Shown here piece after piece: positions 1 through 8,114 of a stretch of DNA of 29,540 nt (the stretch's first letter is position 1; every line of letters starts with the position of its first letter). The DNA comes from Candidatus Micrarchaeia archaeon (GTDB lineage Archaea > Micrarchaeota > Micrarchaeia > Burarchaeales > JACRGF01). The notes under the pieces were generated by a model. It was not told the DNA's origin. It searched no databases and worked only from the letters and a program-made list of their open reading frames with translations. The stretch lies in the NCBI GenBank assembly GCA_038870455.1, contig JAWCPB010000011.1, positions 1-29,540 of the forward strand. Direction: 5' to 3'. Both the position numbers and the translations under genes were made by a program.

Positions 1-584
1 TGGAGAAGGTTTACGATGGCGGTCCTCAGGAGCGCAACCTCCGGCCAGGCACAGAGAACTTGCCGGGAATAGCTGGTTTCGTGACGGCCGCCGAGATTGG
101 TGTGAAGGACATGGAGAAGAATAATGCGAGGATAAGGAAAATGCGTGACAAGCTTGTGGAAGGACTGCTGGCAATTCCGCACACGCAGCTCAACGGGCCA
201 AAAGGCCCCAATATGTACAGGAGGCTTCCGGGAAATGCCAACATCACTTTCAAGTATATTGAGGGCGAGGCGCTGATGATGAGCCTCAGCCTGGAGGGGA
301 TATGCGTTTCGACCGGAAGCGCCTGCTCCTCGCGCTCGCTCACCCCCAGCCACGTGCTTAAGGCAATCGGGCTGAAGCACGAGGAAGCGCACGGCTCGCT
401 CCGCTTCTCGCTCTCGAAGTTCAACAGGGAGGCGGAGATTCCGTTCGTGGTGGAAAAAACAAGGAAGGCTGTCGCGCGGCTGAGGAGGATAACCTCGTTC
501 AACCCGAAGATACACTCTGAAATAGAGTCGGCGCATCCAGTTACTTTCTACCAGGAGAGGGAGTCGCCGGCTGAAGAGGCGTGA
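1..584 (+). CDS. iscS: Cysteine desulfurase (IscS/NifS group I), 5'-truncated by the window edge
   Basis: Frame is open from position 3 (EKVYDGGPQERNLRPGTEN). Catalytic loop STGSACSS, SHVLKAIG and HGSLRFSL are present. Directly upstream of iscU. Confidence 0.95.
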   Translation, partial: EKVYDGGPQERNLRPGTENLPGIAGFVTAAEIGVKDMEKNNARIRKMRDKLVEGLLAIPHTQLNGPKGPNMYRRLPGNANITFKYIEGEALMMSLSLEGICVSTGSACSSRSLTPSHVLKAIGLKHEEAHGSLRFSLSKFNREAEIPFVVEKTRKAVARLRRITSFNPKIHSEIESAHPVTFYQERESPAEEA

Positions 585-593
585 GGTGGAATA

Positions 594-1235
594 ATGGCCC
601 TGCCGTACACCAAGAAAGTGCTTGAGTATTTCATGCATCCCAAAAACGTAGGCGAGATAAAGAACCCTGATGCGGTGGCAACGCTGGGCTCGCCCGCGTG
701 CGGCGACATGATAACCACTTACCTGAGGGTGAATCCCAAGACGCTTGTCGTGGAGGATGTGAAGTTCAAATCGTACGGGTGCGCGGCCAACATAGCCACG
801 GCGTCAGTCATTTCGGAAAAAGCCAAAGGCAGGACTGTGCATGAGATACTCGCCATGGACACGGCGACCGCGGCGAGGGAGCTGGGAGGACTGCCGCCGG
901 TCAAAATGCACTGCTCCGTGCTGGCGGTGAACACGCTCAAGAAGGCGATTAAGGAGTACATGGTGGCCAAGGGCATCTGGAAAAAGGAGGAAGTGCCGCT
1001 CACGCAGGATGCGATACTCTCCGAGCTGTTAAACGTCGTGAATCCGGAAATCGGGCTGGACATCGTGAGGCTGAAGATGGTCGAGAACATCAGGATAGAC
1101 AATGGGGAGGTGGAGGTGACCATCCGGCTCGGAACAACCGATGAGATGTTCGCCCAGGCCATCAAGGAAGAAGTGGAGGAGGAGCTCCGGGAACTCCAGG
1201 AGGTTAAGAAAGTCACGGTAATAGTGAAGAAGTGA
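594..1235 (+). CDS. iscU: IscU/NifU Fe-S scaffold fused to a C-terminal DUF59 (SufT/MIP18-like) domain
   Basis: YTKKVLEYFMHPKNVG, ACGD, FKSYGC and LPPVKMHCS give the three scaffold Cys. The C-terminal ~80 aa contain L.NVVNPEIGLDIV.L.MV..I.I, resembling DUF59. GAGGTGG RBS upstream. Confidence 0.92.
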   Translation: MALPYTKKVLEYFMHPKNVGEIKNPDAVATLGSPACGDMITTYLRVNPKTLVVEDVKFKSYGCAANIATASVISEKAKGRTVHEILAMDTATAARELGGLPPVKMHCSVLAVNTLKKAIKEYMVAKGIWKKEEVPLTQDAILSELLNVVNPEIGLDIVRLKMVENIRIDNGEVEVTIRLGTTDEMFAQAIKEEVEEELRELQEVKKVTVIVKK

Positions 1236-1239
1236 TGAA

Positions 1240-2511
1240 GTGCAGGAGCCCGTTTCGGTGATAATAGCCGACCCCCAAGGGAGGATTGTCTCTTTCAACA
1301 AGGGGGCTGAGGAAATTTTCGGCTACTCGGCGGAAGAGGTCGTCGGGAGGGCGCGCGTGAGCGTTTTTTACGATTGGCCGGCCGTCCTGCAGGAAGTGCC
1401 CCGCGTGCTGAAGACCGCGAGAGAGCGCGGGCGGTGGGAGGGCAGGGTCGTGCTGAAGAGAAAGAACGGCGGGAAGTTTGTCGGCAAGCTTGTTGTGACG
1501 AGCCTGTGGAAGGACGGCGAGCTGACAGGCTACTGCGGGGTGACGAGAGAGGTGAGGGGGGAAGACGTCGAGGGGAGAGAGGCCAGGCCAACGCTTGTCA
1601 CGCAGCTGATGAAGTGGGTTGTCGTTCTGCGCGCGCCGTTCTTCACCGCAACGATTATCCCGATTTTGTTGGGCGCTGCGCTGGCGTGGCGTGCGACGGG
1701 CGCGTTCGACTGGTGGCTGGGCGCGCTCACGCTGGCCGGCGCGCTCGCGCTGCACGCGGGAGTGAACACCGCCAACGACTACTGGGACTGGAGGACGGGC
1801 AGCGATGAAAAAAACTATGATTACATCGTGCCGTTCACCGGAGGAAGCAGGTCCATCCAGATGGGAATGGTCAGTCCCCGCGCGCTGCTGCTGCTTTCGC
1901 TCGTCCTGCTCGCGGCGGGCTCGGCCATCGGCTTTTACCTCGCGTGGCTAAGGGGATGGCAGATTGTCGCGCTCGGCGCGGTGGGCGTTGCCGCGGGCTA
2001 TTTCTATTCCGCGCCGCCCTTCAGGCTTGCGGGAAGGGGAATAGGAGAACTGCTGGTTGGGCTGAACTTCGGCGTGTTGATGACTCTGGGGGCTTATTTC
2101 GTGCAAGCGCAGGCGCTCGCGCCAGAGCCCCTGCTCGCCTCGCTGCCGGTCAGCTTCCTCATCTCCGCTGTGCTGTGGGCGAACGAGATTCCTGACGCGG
2201 GAGGCGATGCGGCGAGCGGAAAGAAGACCATGGTGGTGAGGCTCGGGAAGGAGAAGGCAGTTGTTGGGTTTGTTGCGCTGCTGTTCCTCGCGTACGTGAG
2301 CCTGCTCGCGGGCATCGCGGTGGCCGCCCTCCCGCTTTTCGCCTTTGCCGCGGTTGCGGGGGCGTTTTTCGCGTGGAAGGCCGCTGGCGAAATAGCCGCG
2401 CATGCAGGGGCATATTACAAGCTGGAGGGGGCGTGCGCCTCAACGCTCGCGGCGCATTTCCTTACCGGAGTGCTGATTGTGGCCGGGGTGCTCGCGGACA
2501 AGCTTATTTAA
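1240..2511 (+). CDS. menA: PAS domain fused to a MenA-like UbiA-family prenyltransferase (1,4-dihydroxy-2-naphthoate polyprenyltransferase)
   Basis: N-terminal PAS/PAC signature (VIIADPQGRIVSFNKGAEEIFGYSAEEVVG...KRKNG...GVTREV). C-terminal polytopic domain has the Asp-rich motifs NTANDYWD and NEIPDAGGD..SGKKT, plus YSAPPFRL..RGIGE. Confidence 0.88.
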   Translation: MQEPVSVIIADPQGRIVSFNKGAEEIFGYSAEEVVGRARVSVFYDWPAVLQEVPRVLKTARERGRWEGRVVLKRKNGGKFVGKLVVTSLWKDGELTGYCGVTREVRGEDVEGREARPTLVTQLMKWVVVLRAPFFTATIIPILLGAALAWRATGAFDWWLGALTLAGALALHAGVNTANDYWDWRTGSDEKNYDYIVPFTGGSRSIQMGMVSPRALLLLSLVLLAAGSAIGFYLAWLRGWQIVALGAVGVAAGYFYSAPPFRLAGRGIGELLVGLNFGVLMTLGAYFVQAQALAPEPLLASLPVSFLISAVLWANEIPDAGGDAASGKKTMVVRLGKEKAVVGFVALLFLAYVSLLAGIAVAALPLFAFAAVAGAFFAWKAAGEIAAHAGAYYKLEGACASTLAAHFLTGVLIVAGVLADKLI

Positions 2512-2533
2512 TTGCAAGCGAGAAAACCGCCCG

Positions 2534-4192
2534 ATGCTCAAGCATGATGTGCTTGTTGTCGGAGCAGGCCTGGCGGGCATGCGGGCCGCGCTGGAGGCGC
2601 ACGATAGAGGTTGTGATGTCGCGGTAGTCTCGAAACTGCACCCCATGCGCTCGCACTCTGGCGCCGCGCAGGGGGGAATAAACGCGGCCATCGGGAAGAA
2701 CGATTCGTGGCAGAAGCACTTTCGCGACACTGTCGTTGCAGGGGACTGGCTGTGCGACCAGGATGCCGTAGAGGCGCTGTGCAGGGAGGCTCCGAAAACG
2801 ATTAGGGAGCTGGAGAGGTTTGGCGCGCTTTTTTCGAGGGACGAGAAGGGAGGCATCGCGCAGAGGCCTTTCGGCGGGCAGGGGTTCGCCCGCACATGCT
2901 ATGCGGCAGACAAGACGGGCCACGAACTGCTGAACGCGCTGTACGGGGAAGTGCTGAGAAGGGGCATAACCGTTTATGAAGAATGGTTCGTGACAGCGCT
3001 CGCCGGAAACGGCGCGTGTTCCGGCGCGGTTGCGTTGGAGATTGCGAGCGGGGAGGTGCAGGCGATTTCCGCGAAGGCCGTTGTCCTCGCAACCGGAGGT
3101 CTCGGCAGGATCTATGGAAAGACGACCAACGCGCTGTCCTGCACAGGTGACGGCGTCGCGCTCGCCCTCCGCGCCGGCGCGCTCCTGAAGGACGTGGAGT
3201 TCGTTCAATTCCATCCCACAACGCTCTGTGGGACCAACATCCTCATCAGCGAGGCGGCGAGAGGCGAAGGCGGTATCCTGCTCAACAGGCGGGGAGAGCG
3301 GTTCATGAAAAAGTACGCGCGGGGGGCGGAGCTCGCGCCCAGGGACGTCGTCGCAAGAAGCATCCAGAGAGAGATTGACGGGGGAAACGGCTTTCCCGGA
3401 GGGTATGTGCAGCTTGACTTGAGGGAGTTGGGCGAGGAGAAAATCAGCGGGAGGCTCCCGCAGGTGAGGGAAATATGCATGCACTTTGCCGGCATCGACC
3501 CGGTCGAAGAGCCCATTCCGGTTCAGCCAGCCCAGCACTATGCTATGGGAGGCATCGCGACTGATTTGGACGGCGCGAGCAGCATGAGGGGACTGTACGC
3601 AGCAGGCGAGTGTGCGTGCTCCGGCGTGCATGGTGCGAACAGGGTCGGCGGTAATTCACTGCTCGAGACGATCGTGTTTGGAAAACGCGCCGGAGAGGCG
3701 GCGGCGGAGCACGCCAAAAAAACGAGCACGGACGCGAGCGAGGCAGAACGCGCGCTGAAAAGAGAGAGAAGACGACTGGAAGAGATTTTTTCCCGCAGGA
3801 AAGGTTACTCGCACTATGCCCTGAGAAGGCGCATGCAGAAAACAATGGATGAAAGAGCAGGGCTGTTCAGAAACGCGGGTGGATTGCAGAAGGCCGCGGA
3901 CGAGCTCGCTGCGCTCAGAAAAGCCGCCGGCCGCGCGTGGGTGGCGGACAAGGGAAAAGAGTTTAACACAGACTTGCTTGCGCTGCTCGAGCTCGAATGC
4001 TCGCTCGAGGCCGCGAGGGTTGTTGTTGCGGGCGCGCTGGCCAGGCAGGAAAGCAGGGGGGCGCACTACAGAACGGATTTCCCTAAAGCGAGAAGAGGAT
4101 GGCTCAAGCACACGCTCGCCAGAGTGAGCGGAGAGGAAATTGTGCTCGGCTACGAGCCGGTCAGGATGACGAGGCTGAAGGTGAAGGGATGA
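2534..4192 (+). CDS. sdhA: Succinate dehydrogenase/fumarate reductase flavoprotein subunit
   Basis: DVLVVGAGLAG Rossmann motif, RSHSGAAQGG (covalent-FAD His), QFHPT, SEAARGEG, HGANRVGGNSL and ESRGAHYR. Start trimmed to the ATG at 2534. Confidence 0.96.
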   Translation: MLKHDVLVVGAGLAGMRAALEAHDRGCDVAVVSKLHPMRSHSGAAQGGINAAIGKNDSWQKHFRDTVVAGDWLCDQDAVEALCREAPKTIRELERFGALFSRDEKGGIAQRPFGGQGFARTCYAADKTGHELLNALYGEVLRRGITVYEEWFVTALAGNGACSGAVALEIASGEVQAISAKAVVLATGGLGRIYGKTTNALSCTGDGVALALRAGALLKDVEFVQFHPTTLCGTNILISEAARGEGGILLNRRGERFMKKYARGAELAPRDVVARSIQREIDGGNGFPGGYVQLDLRELGEEKISGRLPQVREICMHFAGIDPVEEPIPVQPAQHYAMGGIATDLDGASSMRGLYAAGECACSGVHGANRVGGNSLLETIVFGKRAGEAAAEHAKKTSTDASEAERALKRERRRLEEIFSRRKGYSHYALRRRMQKTMDERAGLFRNAGGLQKAADELAALRKAAGRAWVADKGKEFNTDLLALLELECSLEAARVVVAGALARQESRGAHYRTDFPKARRGWLKHTLARVSGEEIVLGYEPVRMTRLKVKG

Positions 4193-5094
4193 ACATAACG
4201 CTCAGGGTGCTCAGGAGCGTCGGGGGAAAAAGCCGGCTCCAGTCCTTTCGTTTGAATCTGCGGAGAGATGCCACTGTGCTCGATGCGCTCAGGGAAGCAA
4301 AGGAAAAGTTCGCGCCCTCGCTCGCGTTCAGGGCGTCGTGCAGGAGCAGGATATGCGGGGCGTGCGCAGTGAGGATAAACGGCACCGCGAGGCTCGCGTG
4401 CGGGACCAGGGTAAGTGAGGTTGCCGAAAAAGGAATAGTCACGGTCGAGCCGCTGAAGAGCGCGCGGGTGGTGAAAGACCTTGTGGTGGATGAGGGCGAG
4501 TTCTGGGAAAAGATGAAAAGTGTTGAGCCCTGGATGGCCTGGGAGGGCGGGCGTATGAGCCGCGCCGAGCTCGAGCGCATCGGGGGTGCGGCCGATTGCA
4601 TTAAGTGCTGGGCCTGCATGAGCGAGTGTGATGTGGCGTGCGAGGATAGAAGTTTTCTGGGACCTGCGCCCGCAGCTGTGGCATGGAGATTTGTTGCGGA
4701 CAAAAGAGATGGAAGGAAAAGGGAAAGGCTCGAGGATGCCGTTCGGCTAGGGTTGTGGAAATGCGCGCATGCCTATGCATGCAGCGAGGTCTGCCCGAAA
4801 AAGGTTGACCCACTTGAGGCGATCGCGAAGCTCAGGGAGGAAGCGCTGAGGCACGGGCTAACCGCCTCGGATGGCGCGAGACATGTGCTGGCATTCGTGG
4901 AGTTGGTGAGGAAGAGTGGCAGGCTCGACGAGATGTTGCTCATCCCCCTCACGCTCGGGGTGAAGTCCATCCGCGAAATCCCCGTGGCGCTCAGGCTGCT
5001 GAAGAAAGGAAAGCTGCCTTTTCCGAGAATGCGCGCCATAAAGGATGCCGTGAGCGCGAGGAGAATGCTTGAAGAAAATGGAGGGAGAAAATGA
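4189..5094 (+). CDS. sdhB: Succinate dehydrogenase/fumarate reductase iron-sulfur subunit with C-terminal extension
   Basis: CRSRICGAC...C (2Fe-2S), CIKCWACMSEC and CAHAYACSEVCP. ATGA overlap with sdhA sets the start at 4189. Confidence 0.93.
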   Translation: MNITLRVLRSVGGKSRLQSFRLNLRRDATVLDALREAKEKFAPSLAFRASCRSRICGACAVRINGTARLACGTRVSEVAEKGIVTVEPLKSARVVKDLVVDEGEFWEKMKSVEPWMAWEGGRMSRAELERIGGAADCIKCWACMSECDVACEDRSFLGPAPAAVAWRFVADKRDGRKRERLEDAVRLGLWKCAHAYACSEVCPKKVDPLEAIAKLREEALRHGLTASDGARHVLAFVELVRKSGRLDEMLLIPLTLGVKSIREIPVALRLLKKGKLPFPRMRAIKDAVSARRMLEENGGRK

Positions 5095-5966
5095 TCCGCT
5101 ACGCTTTCTTTCCAGGTTGCATGGCGGACAACGTTACGAGCGAGCAAAAAAATGCGGCGAGGCTCGTCGCGCAAAAGGTTGGGATAGAGCTCGTTGATTT
5201 CCCTGAGTTTTCGTGCTGCGGGGCGCGAGTGATTCGGGACAAGAGCGAGGAGGCAGAGCTCGCCCTGAATGCGAGAAACTTTGCCTACGCCGAAGAAGCC
5301 GGCCTCGACATGGTGACCATCTGCTCGACCTGCCTGATAACGATGAGCAAGGCGAATCACAGGCTGAAAAACGACGCGAGGCTCAGGAAAGAAATAAACA
5401 GTAAGCTCTCAGAGTTCGACCTCGCCTACAAGGGCAATGTGAGGGTGAAGCACTTCCTGTGGGTGCTCGCTGATGAGATTGATTTGAGGAAATTTGTGGC
5501 CAGGCCGCTGCGTGGGATACGCGCGGCGCCATTCTACGGCTGCCACATCCTGCGCCCCAGCGAGGTGCTCGAGAAAAAGGAGGGCGAGAAGCCTTCATCT
5601 TTTGAAAAGGTCATCCGCGCGCTTGGGGCCACGCCAGTCAGCTATGAGGAGATGTTCCGGTGCTGCGGGTTCCACACCGCGCTCACAGGGAGGGCTACGA
5701 GCGTGAGGCTCGCTGGAAAAGCAGTCGAGAGCGCAGCGGGGGAGCGGGCGGACGTGCTCGTCACTCCCTGCCCGTTCTGCCACGTCATGCTCGACGCCTA
5801 CCAGGAGGACGCCAGGCGACAGCTGGCCTTCAGCGCGCACATTCCCGTGTTGCACCTGGAGCAGCTCGTCGGGCTGGCGCTCGGCCTTCCGCCGAAAGAG
5901 CTCGGGCTGGACAGGAACGTGGAGAGCGTTGAGAAGTTGCTTGCAAAGCTCAGGTTTAAAATCTAA
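5091..5966 (+). CDS. HdrB-like CCG-domain protein (SdhE-type anchor of non-classical type E SDH)
   Basis: YAFFPGC, FSCCG, CSTC, FYGCH..RP, RCCG and TPCPFC form two CCG domains. ATGA overlap with sdhB. Confidence 0.9.
   Translation: MIRYAFFPGCMADNVTSEQKNAARLVAQKVGIELVDFPEFSCCGARVIRDKSEEAELALNARNFAYAEEAGLDMVTICSTCLITMSKANHRLKNDARLRKEINSKLSEFDLAYKGNVRVKHFLWVLADEIDLRKFVARPLRGIRAAPFYGCHILRPSEVLEKKEGEKPSSFEKVIRALGATPVSYEEMFRCCGFHTALTGRATSVRLAGKAVESAAGERADVLVTPCPFCHVMLDAYQEDARRQLAFSAHIPVLHLEQLVGLALGLPPKELGLDRNVESVEKLLAKLRFKI
5938..5965 (+). repeat. 28-bp direct repeat, copy 1 (contains a TATA-like TTTAAAA)
   Basis: TGCTTGCAAAGCTCAGGTTTAAAATCTA, 26/28 identical to 7075-7102. Confidence 0.85.
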
Positions 5967-5984
5967 AAAGACATTTACAAAATC

Positions 5985-7049
5985 GTGTCAGGACAACAAC
6001 AGTATACTGAGCCGCGTATCCAACGATATCTCGAAATAAATAGGGGGCTCACTGAAGAAGAAATCCAAAGGTATCGTGCCTTCAAGTTCATTGTCGTTTT
6101 TGATAAGTCTACCAACACCACGGTCGTGTTCAATCGCAAAGCAATCGAGGAAAAGAACCCTTACGCGCTCTCGAGAGCAATATGCATTGTGCGATGGACG
6201 GAATACGAAGAAGCAAAGGAGCTGTGGGACGCAGTCATCAAAGCCGCAGGGGTGGGTCGCTGGACCAGACTTTTTCGCAAGAAGGAAACAGAAATGCGGA
6301 TAGCGCTTCAGAAGTTGACAGGAGATGAGAATGATATGGTGAGGGATGCGGCAAGAAAAGTGCTGAGAGGAATGATGAAATTCACCGGCCCTCCCGTGCT
6401 GCTTTATCATGATGTGGTGGTGAAAACGAAGCGGTCACGATATGACATTCTGTACGAGGACCTTGCGTACCAGCTGAAGGATGTTCACGATAGAGGATTG
6501 CACACTATTACGGCCACCGAACTTGTAGAAGCAGCGAAGAAAGGAAAGCCTTTGCCAAAAACGATTGTGCTCACATTTGATGATGGCTACGCGAGTTTTT
6601 ACTACAAGGTTTTTCCTCTGCTCAAAAAATATGGAATAAAAGCGACTGTCTTCATCGTGACCGGTGATGTCGGCAAAAAGGGCTACATGACATGGGAGCA
6701 GATCAAAGAAATTGGCGATTCGGGGCTTGTTGAAATCGGCTCTCACTCCGTAAGTCACCGGAACCTCGCCAATATGGATGAGAAGTCTATAATGGAGGAG
6801 CTCAGAAAAAGCAAGGAAGAAATTGAAAAGCATATAGGAAAAAAGGTCAGGGTGTTTGCGTGGCCGTATGGGGAGGCGCCTCTAAACGCCGAAAAGCTGG
6901 TTAAAAAGGCCGGTTATGACGGGGCGTTTCGGAGCTTCGCTCCCCGCGGCGGCGATAACCCATATGGCCTGAACAGAACGTCCACCGGCGGTGAGCAAAG
7001 CAGAATAATTTACGAGGAGGCACGCAATACTGCCCTGAAAAAGGCTTGA
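5985..7049 (+). CDS. Polysaccharide deacetylase (NodB/CE4, IcaB/PgaB-like) with an unassigned N-terminal region
   Basis: PVLLYH, LTFDDG, ATVFIVT, EIGSHSVSH and FAWPYG motifs. GTG start lies 30 nt after TTTAAAA. Confidence 0.9.
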   Translation: MSGQQQYTEPRIQRYLEINRGLTEEEIQRYRAFKFIVVFDKSTNTTVVFNRKAIEEKNPYALSRAICIVRWTEYEEAKELWDAVIKAAGVGRWTRLFRKKETEMRIALQKLTGDENDMVRDAARKVLRGMMKFTGPPVLLYHDVVVKTKRSRYDILYEDLAYQLKDVHDRGLHTITATELVEAAKKGKPLPKTIVLTFDDGYASFYYKVFPLLKKYGIKATVFIVTGDVGKKGYMTWEQIKEIGDSGLVEIGSHSVSHRNLANMDEKSIMEELRKSKEEIEKHIGKKVRVFAWPYGEAPLNAEKLVKKAGYDGAFRSFAPRGGDNPYGLNRTSTGGEQSRIIYEEARNTALKKA

Positions 7050-7074
7050 GCCCGCGGGTTCGCCGCCGCCAGGG

Positions 7075-7102
7075 TGCTCGCAAAGCTCATGTTTAAAATC
7101 TA
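7075..7102 (+). repeat. 28-bp direct repeat, copy 2
   Basis: TGCTCGCAAAGCTCATGTTTAAAATCTA, 26/28 identical to 5938-5965. Confidence 0.85.
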
Positions 7103-7122
7103 GGAAAACGCAAAGGCTGTGC

Positions 7123-7398
7123 GTGAGTGTGCCCCAGTTCGTGAAAATAAAGGCTCTCGGCAAAAAGCCCGCCTCCGCGCAGGACGCTCCGGAAGGGATA
7201 ATCGTTGCCGAGCCGCCCCGGGATCCAGAGCTCGCCGCGAGAGCCGAGCGGTATGGGCTTCCTGTGATAACAGTCATCACGGAATCCGGCAGCCCGAGGT
7301 ACGCCAAGTCCGGAGAGGCTTATCTGAGTCTGAGCGTCAGAGAGGGGGAGGTCGCGCGGGTCGCCACGCTTACAGCCGCAGGCCCAGCCATTGAATGA
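7123..7398 (+). CDS. Small hypothetical protein (91 aa)
   Basis: GTG lies 31 nt after TTTAAAA (7092). Composition is protein-like and the ORF fills the gap. Its 3' end overlaps the convergent hydrolase gene by 29 nt. Confidence 0.55.
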   Translation: MSVPQFVKIKALGKKPASAQDAPEGIIVAEPPRDPELAARAERYGLPVITVITESGSPRYAKSGEAYLSLSVREGEVARVATLTAAGPAIE

Positions 7399-8062
7399 TC
7401 TCCTGCGTTAGATTTGTCCTCGCCAGCATGTCGGTGCCGTGCCCAGCTCCCGAAAAAGTCCTGAGCTCGCTGGCGGAAGCGAGCTGAGCGAGGCGCTGTA
7501 CAGATATGAAGGAGTACTCATCCTCGTCGCTCGCTGCGATGAGAAGGGGAATGGCCGTCCTGCCCGCCGCATCCTCGGTCTTCACGCCGCGGTAATCGAG
7601 GCCGGGTGAGAGGAGCACGGCGGCTTTGACATCGCTGTCGCCGGCTGCGTATACGAGCGCGGTGTTCGCGCCAATGCTTGCGCCAATGAGCGCGAAGGCG
7701 CGCGCGCCCTGCGAGGCGAGGAATTCCTTGGCGGCCCGCACATCCTCCACCATCGAGTTGAAATCGGCCTCGCCAAAGGAGTCCCATGTTCCTTTGTTCG
7801 TGCTTCCGCCGTGCCCGCGCGAGTCGATGGCAAGCGTTTTGTAGCCCGCCTTCTGGAGAGCGAGCGCCAGCTCCCTGTAAGTGCTCCTGTCCCGTCTCAG
7901 CATGTGAAGCAGGATGACGCTCTTGTCCGAGCTCGCATTATAGAAAGTCCCCTTGATGAGCCAGCCATCGGCAGTAGTGAGGGTCACCTCTCGCACGTCA
8001 ATCCCGCCCGGGGCCTGCGCGCATCCTGCCAGCAAGAGCGCGATGAGGAATGCCGCGCGCAT
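7370..8062 (-). CDS. Alpha/beta hydrolase with lipoprotein-type signal peptide
   Basis: N-terminal MRAAFLIALLLAGC lipobox. ILLH, IDSRGHG, nucleophile elbow GASIG, Asp (SDED) and His (GHGT) are present. Confidence 0.9.
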   Translation of the reverse strand: MRAAFLIALLLAGCAQAPGGIDVREVTLTTADGWLIKGTFYNASSDKSVILLHMLRRDRSTYRELALALQKAGYKTLAIDSRGHGGSTNKGTWDSFGEADFNSMVEDVRAAKEFLASQGARAFALIGASIGANTALVYAAGDSDVKAAVLLSPGLDYRGVKTEDAAGRTAIPLLIAASDEDEYSFISVQRLAQLASASELRTFSGAGHGTDMLARTNLTQEIIQWLGLRL

Positions 8063-8114
8063 GCAGCACGTTGCCCCGGGGGAATTTTAATAGCTTTGCT
8101 CGAGAAGTAAGCGC

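Noticed and set aside
5091-5966. Evidence of methanogenesis (heterodisulfide reductase)
   Set aside because: The CCG gene is coupled to sdhAB, with no hdrA or other methanogenesis genes in the window.
7049-7078. AGCCCGCGGGTTCG as the missing 3' tRNA half
   Set aside because: No variable loop, no proper T loop and no TGAGGGC acceptor strand.
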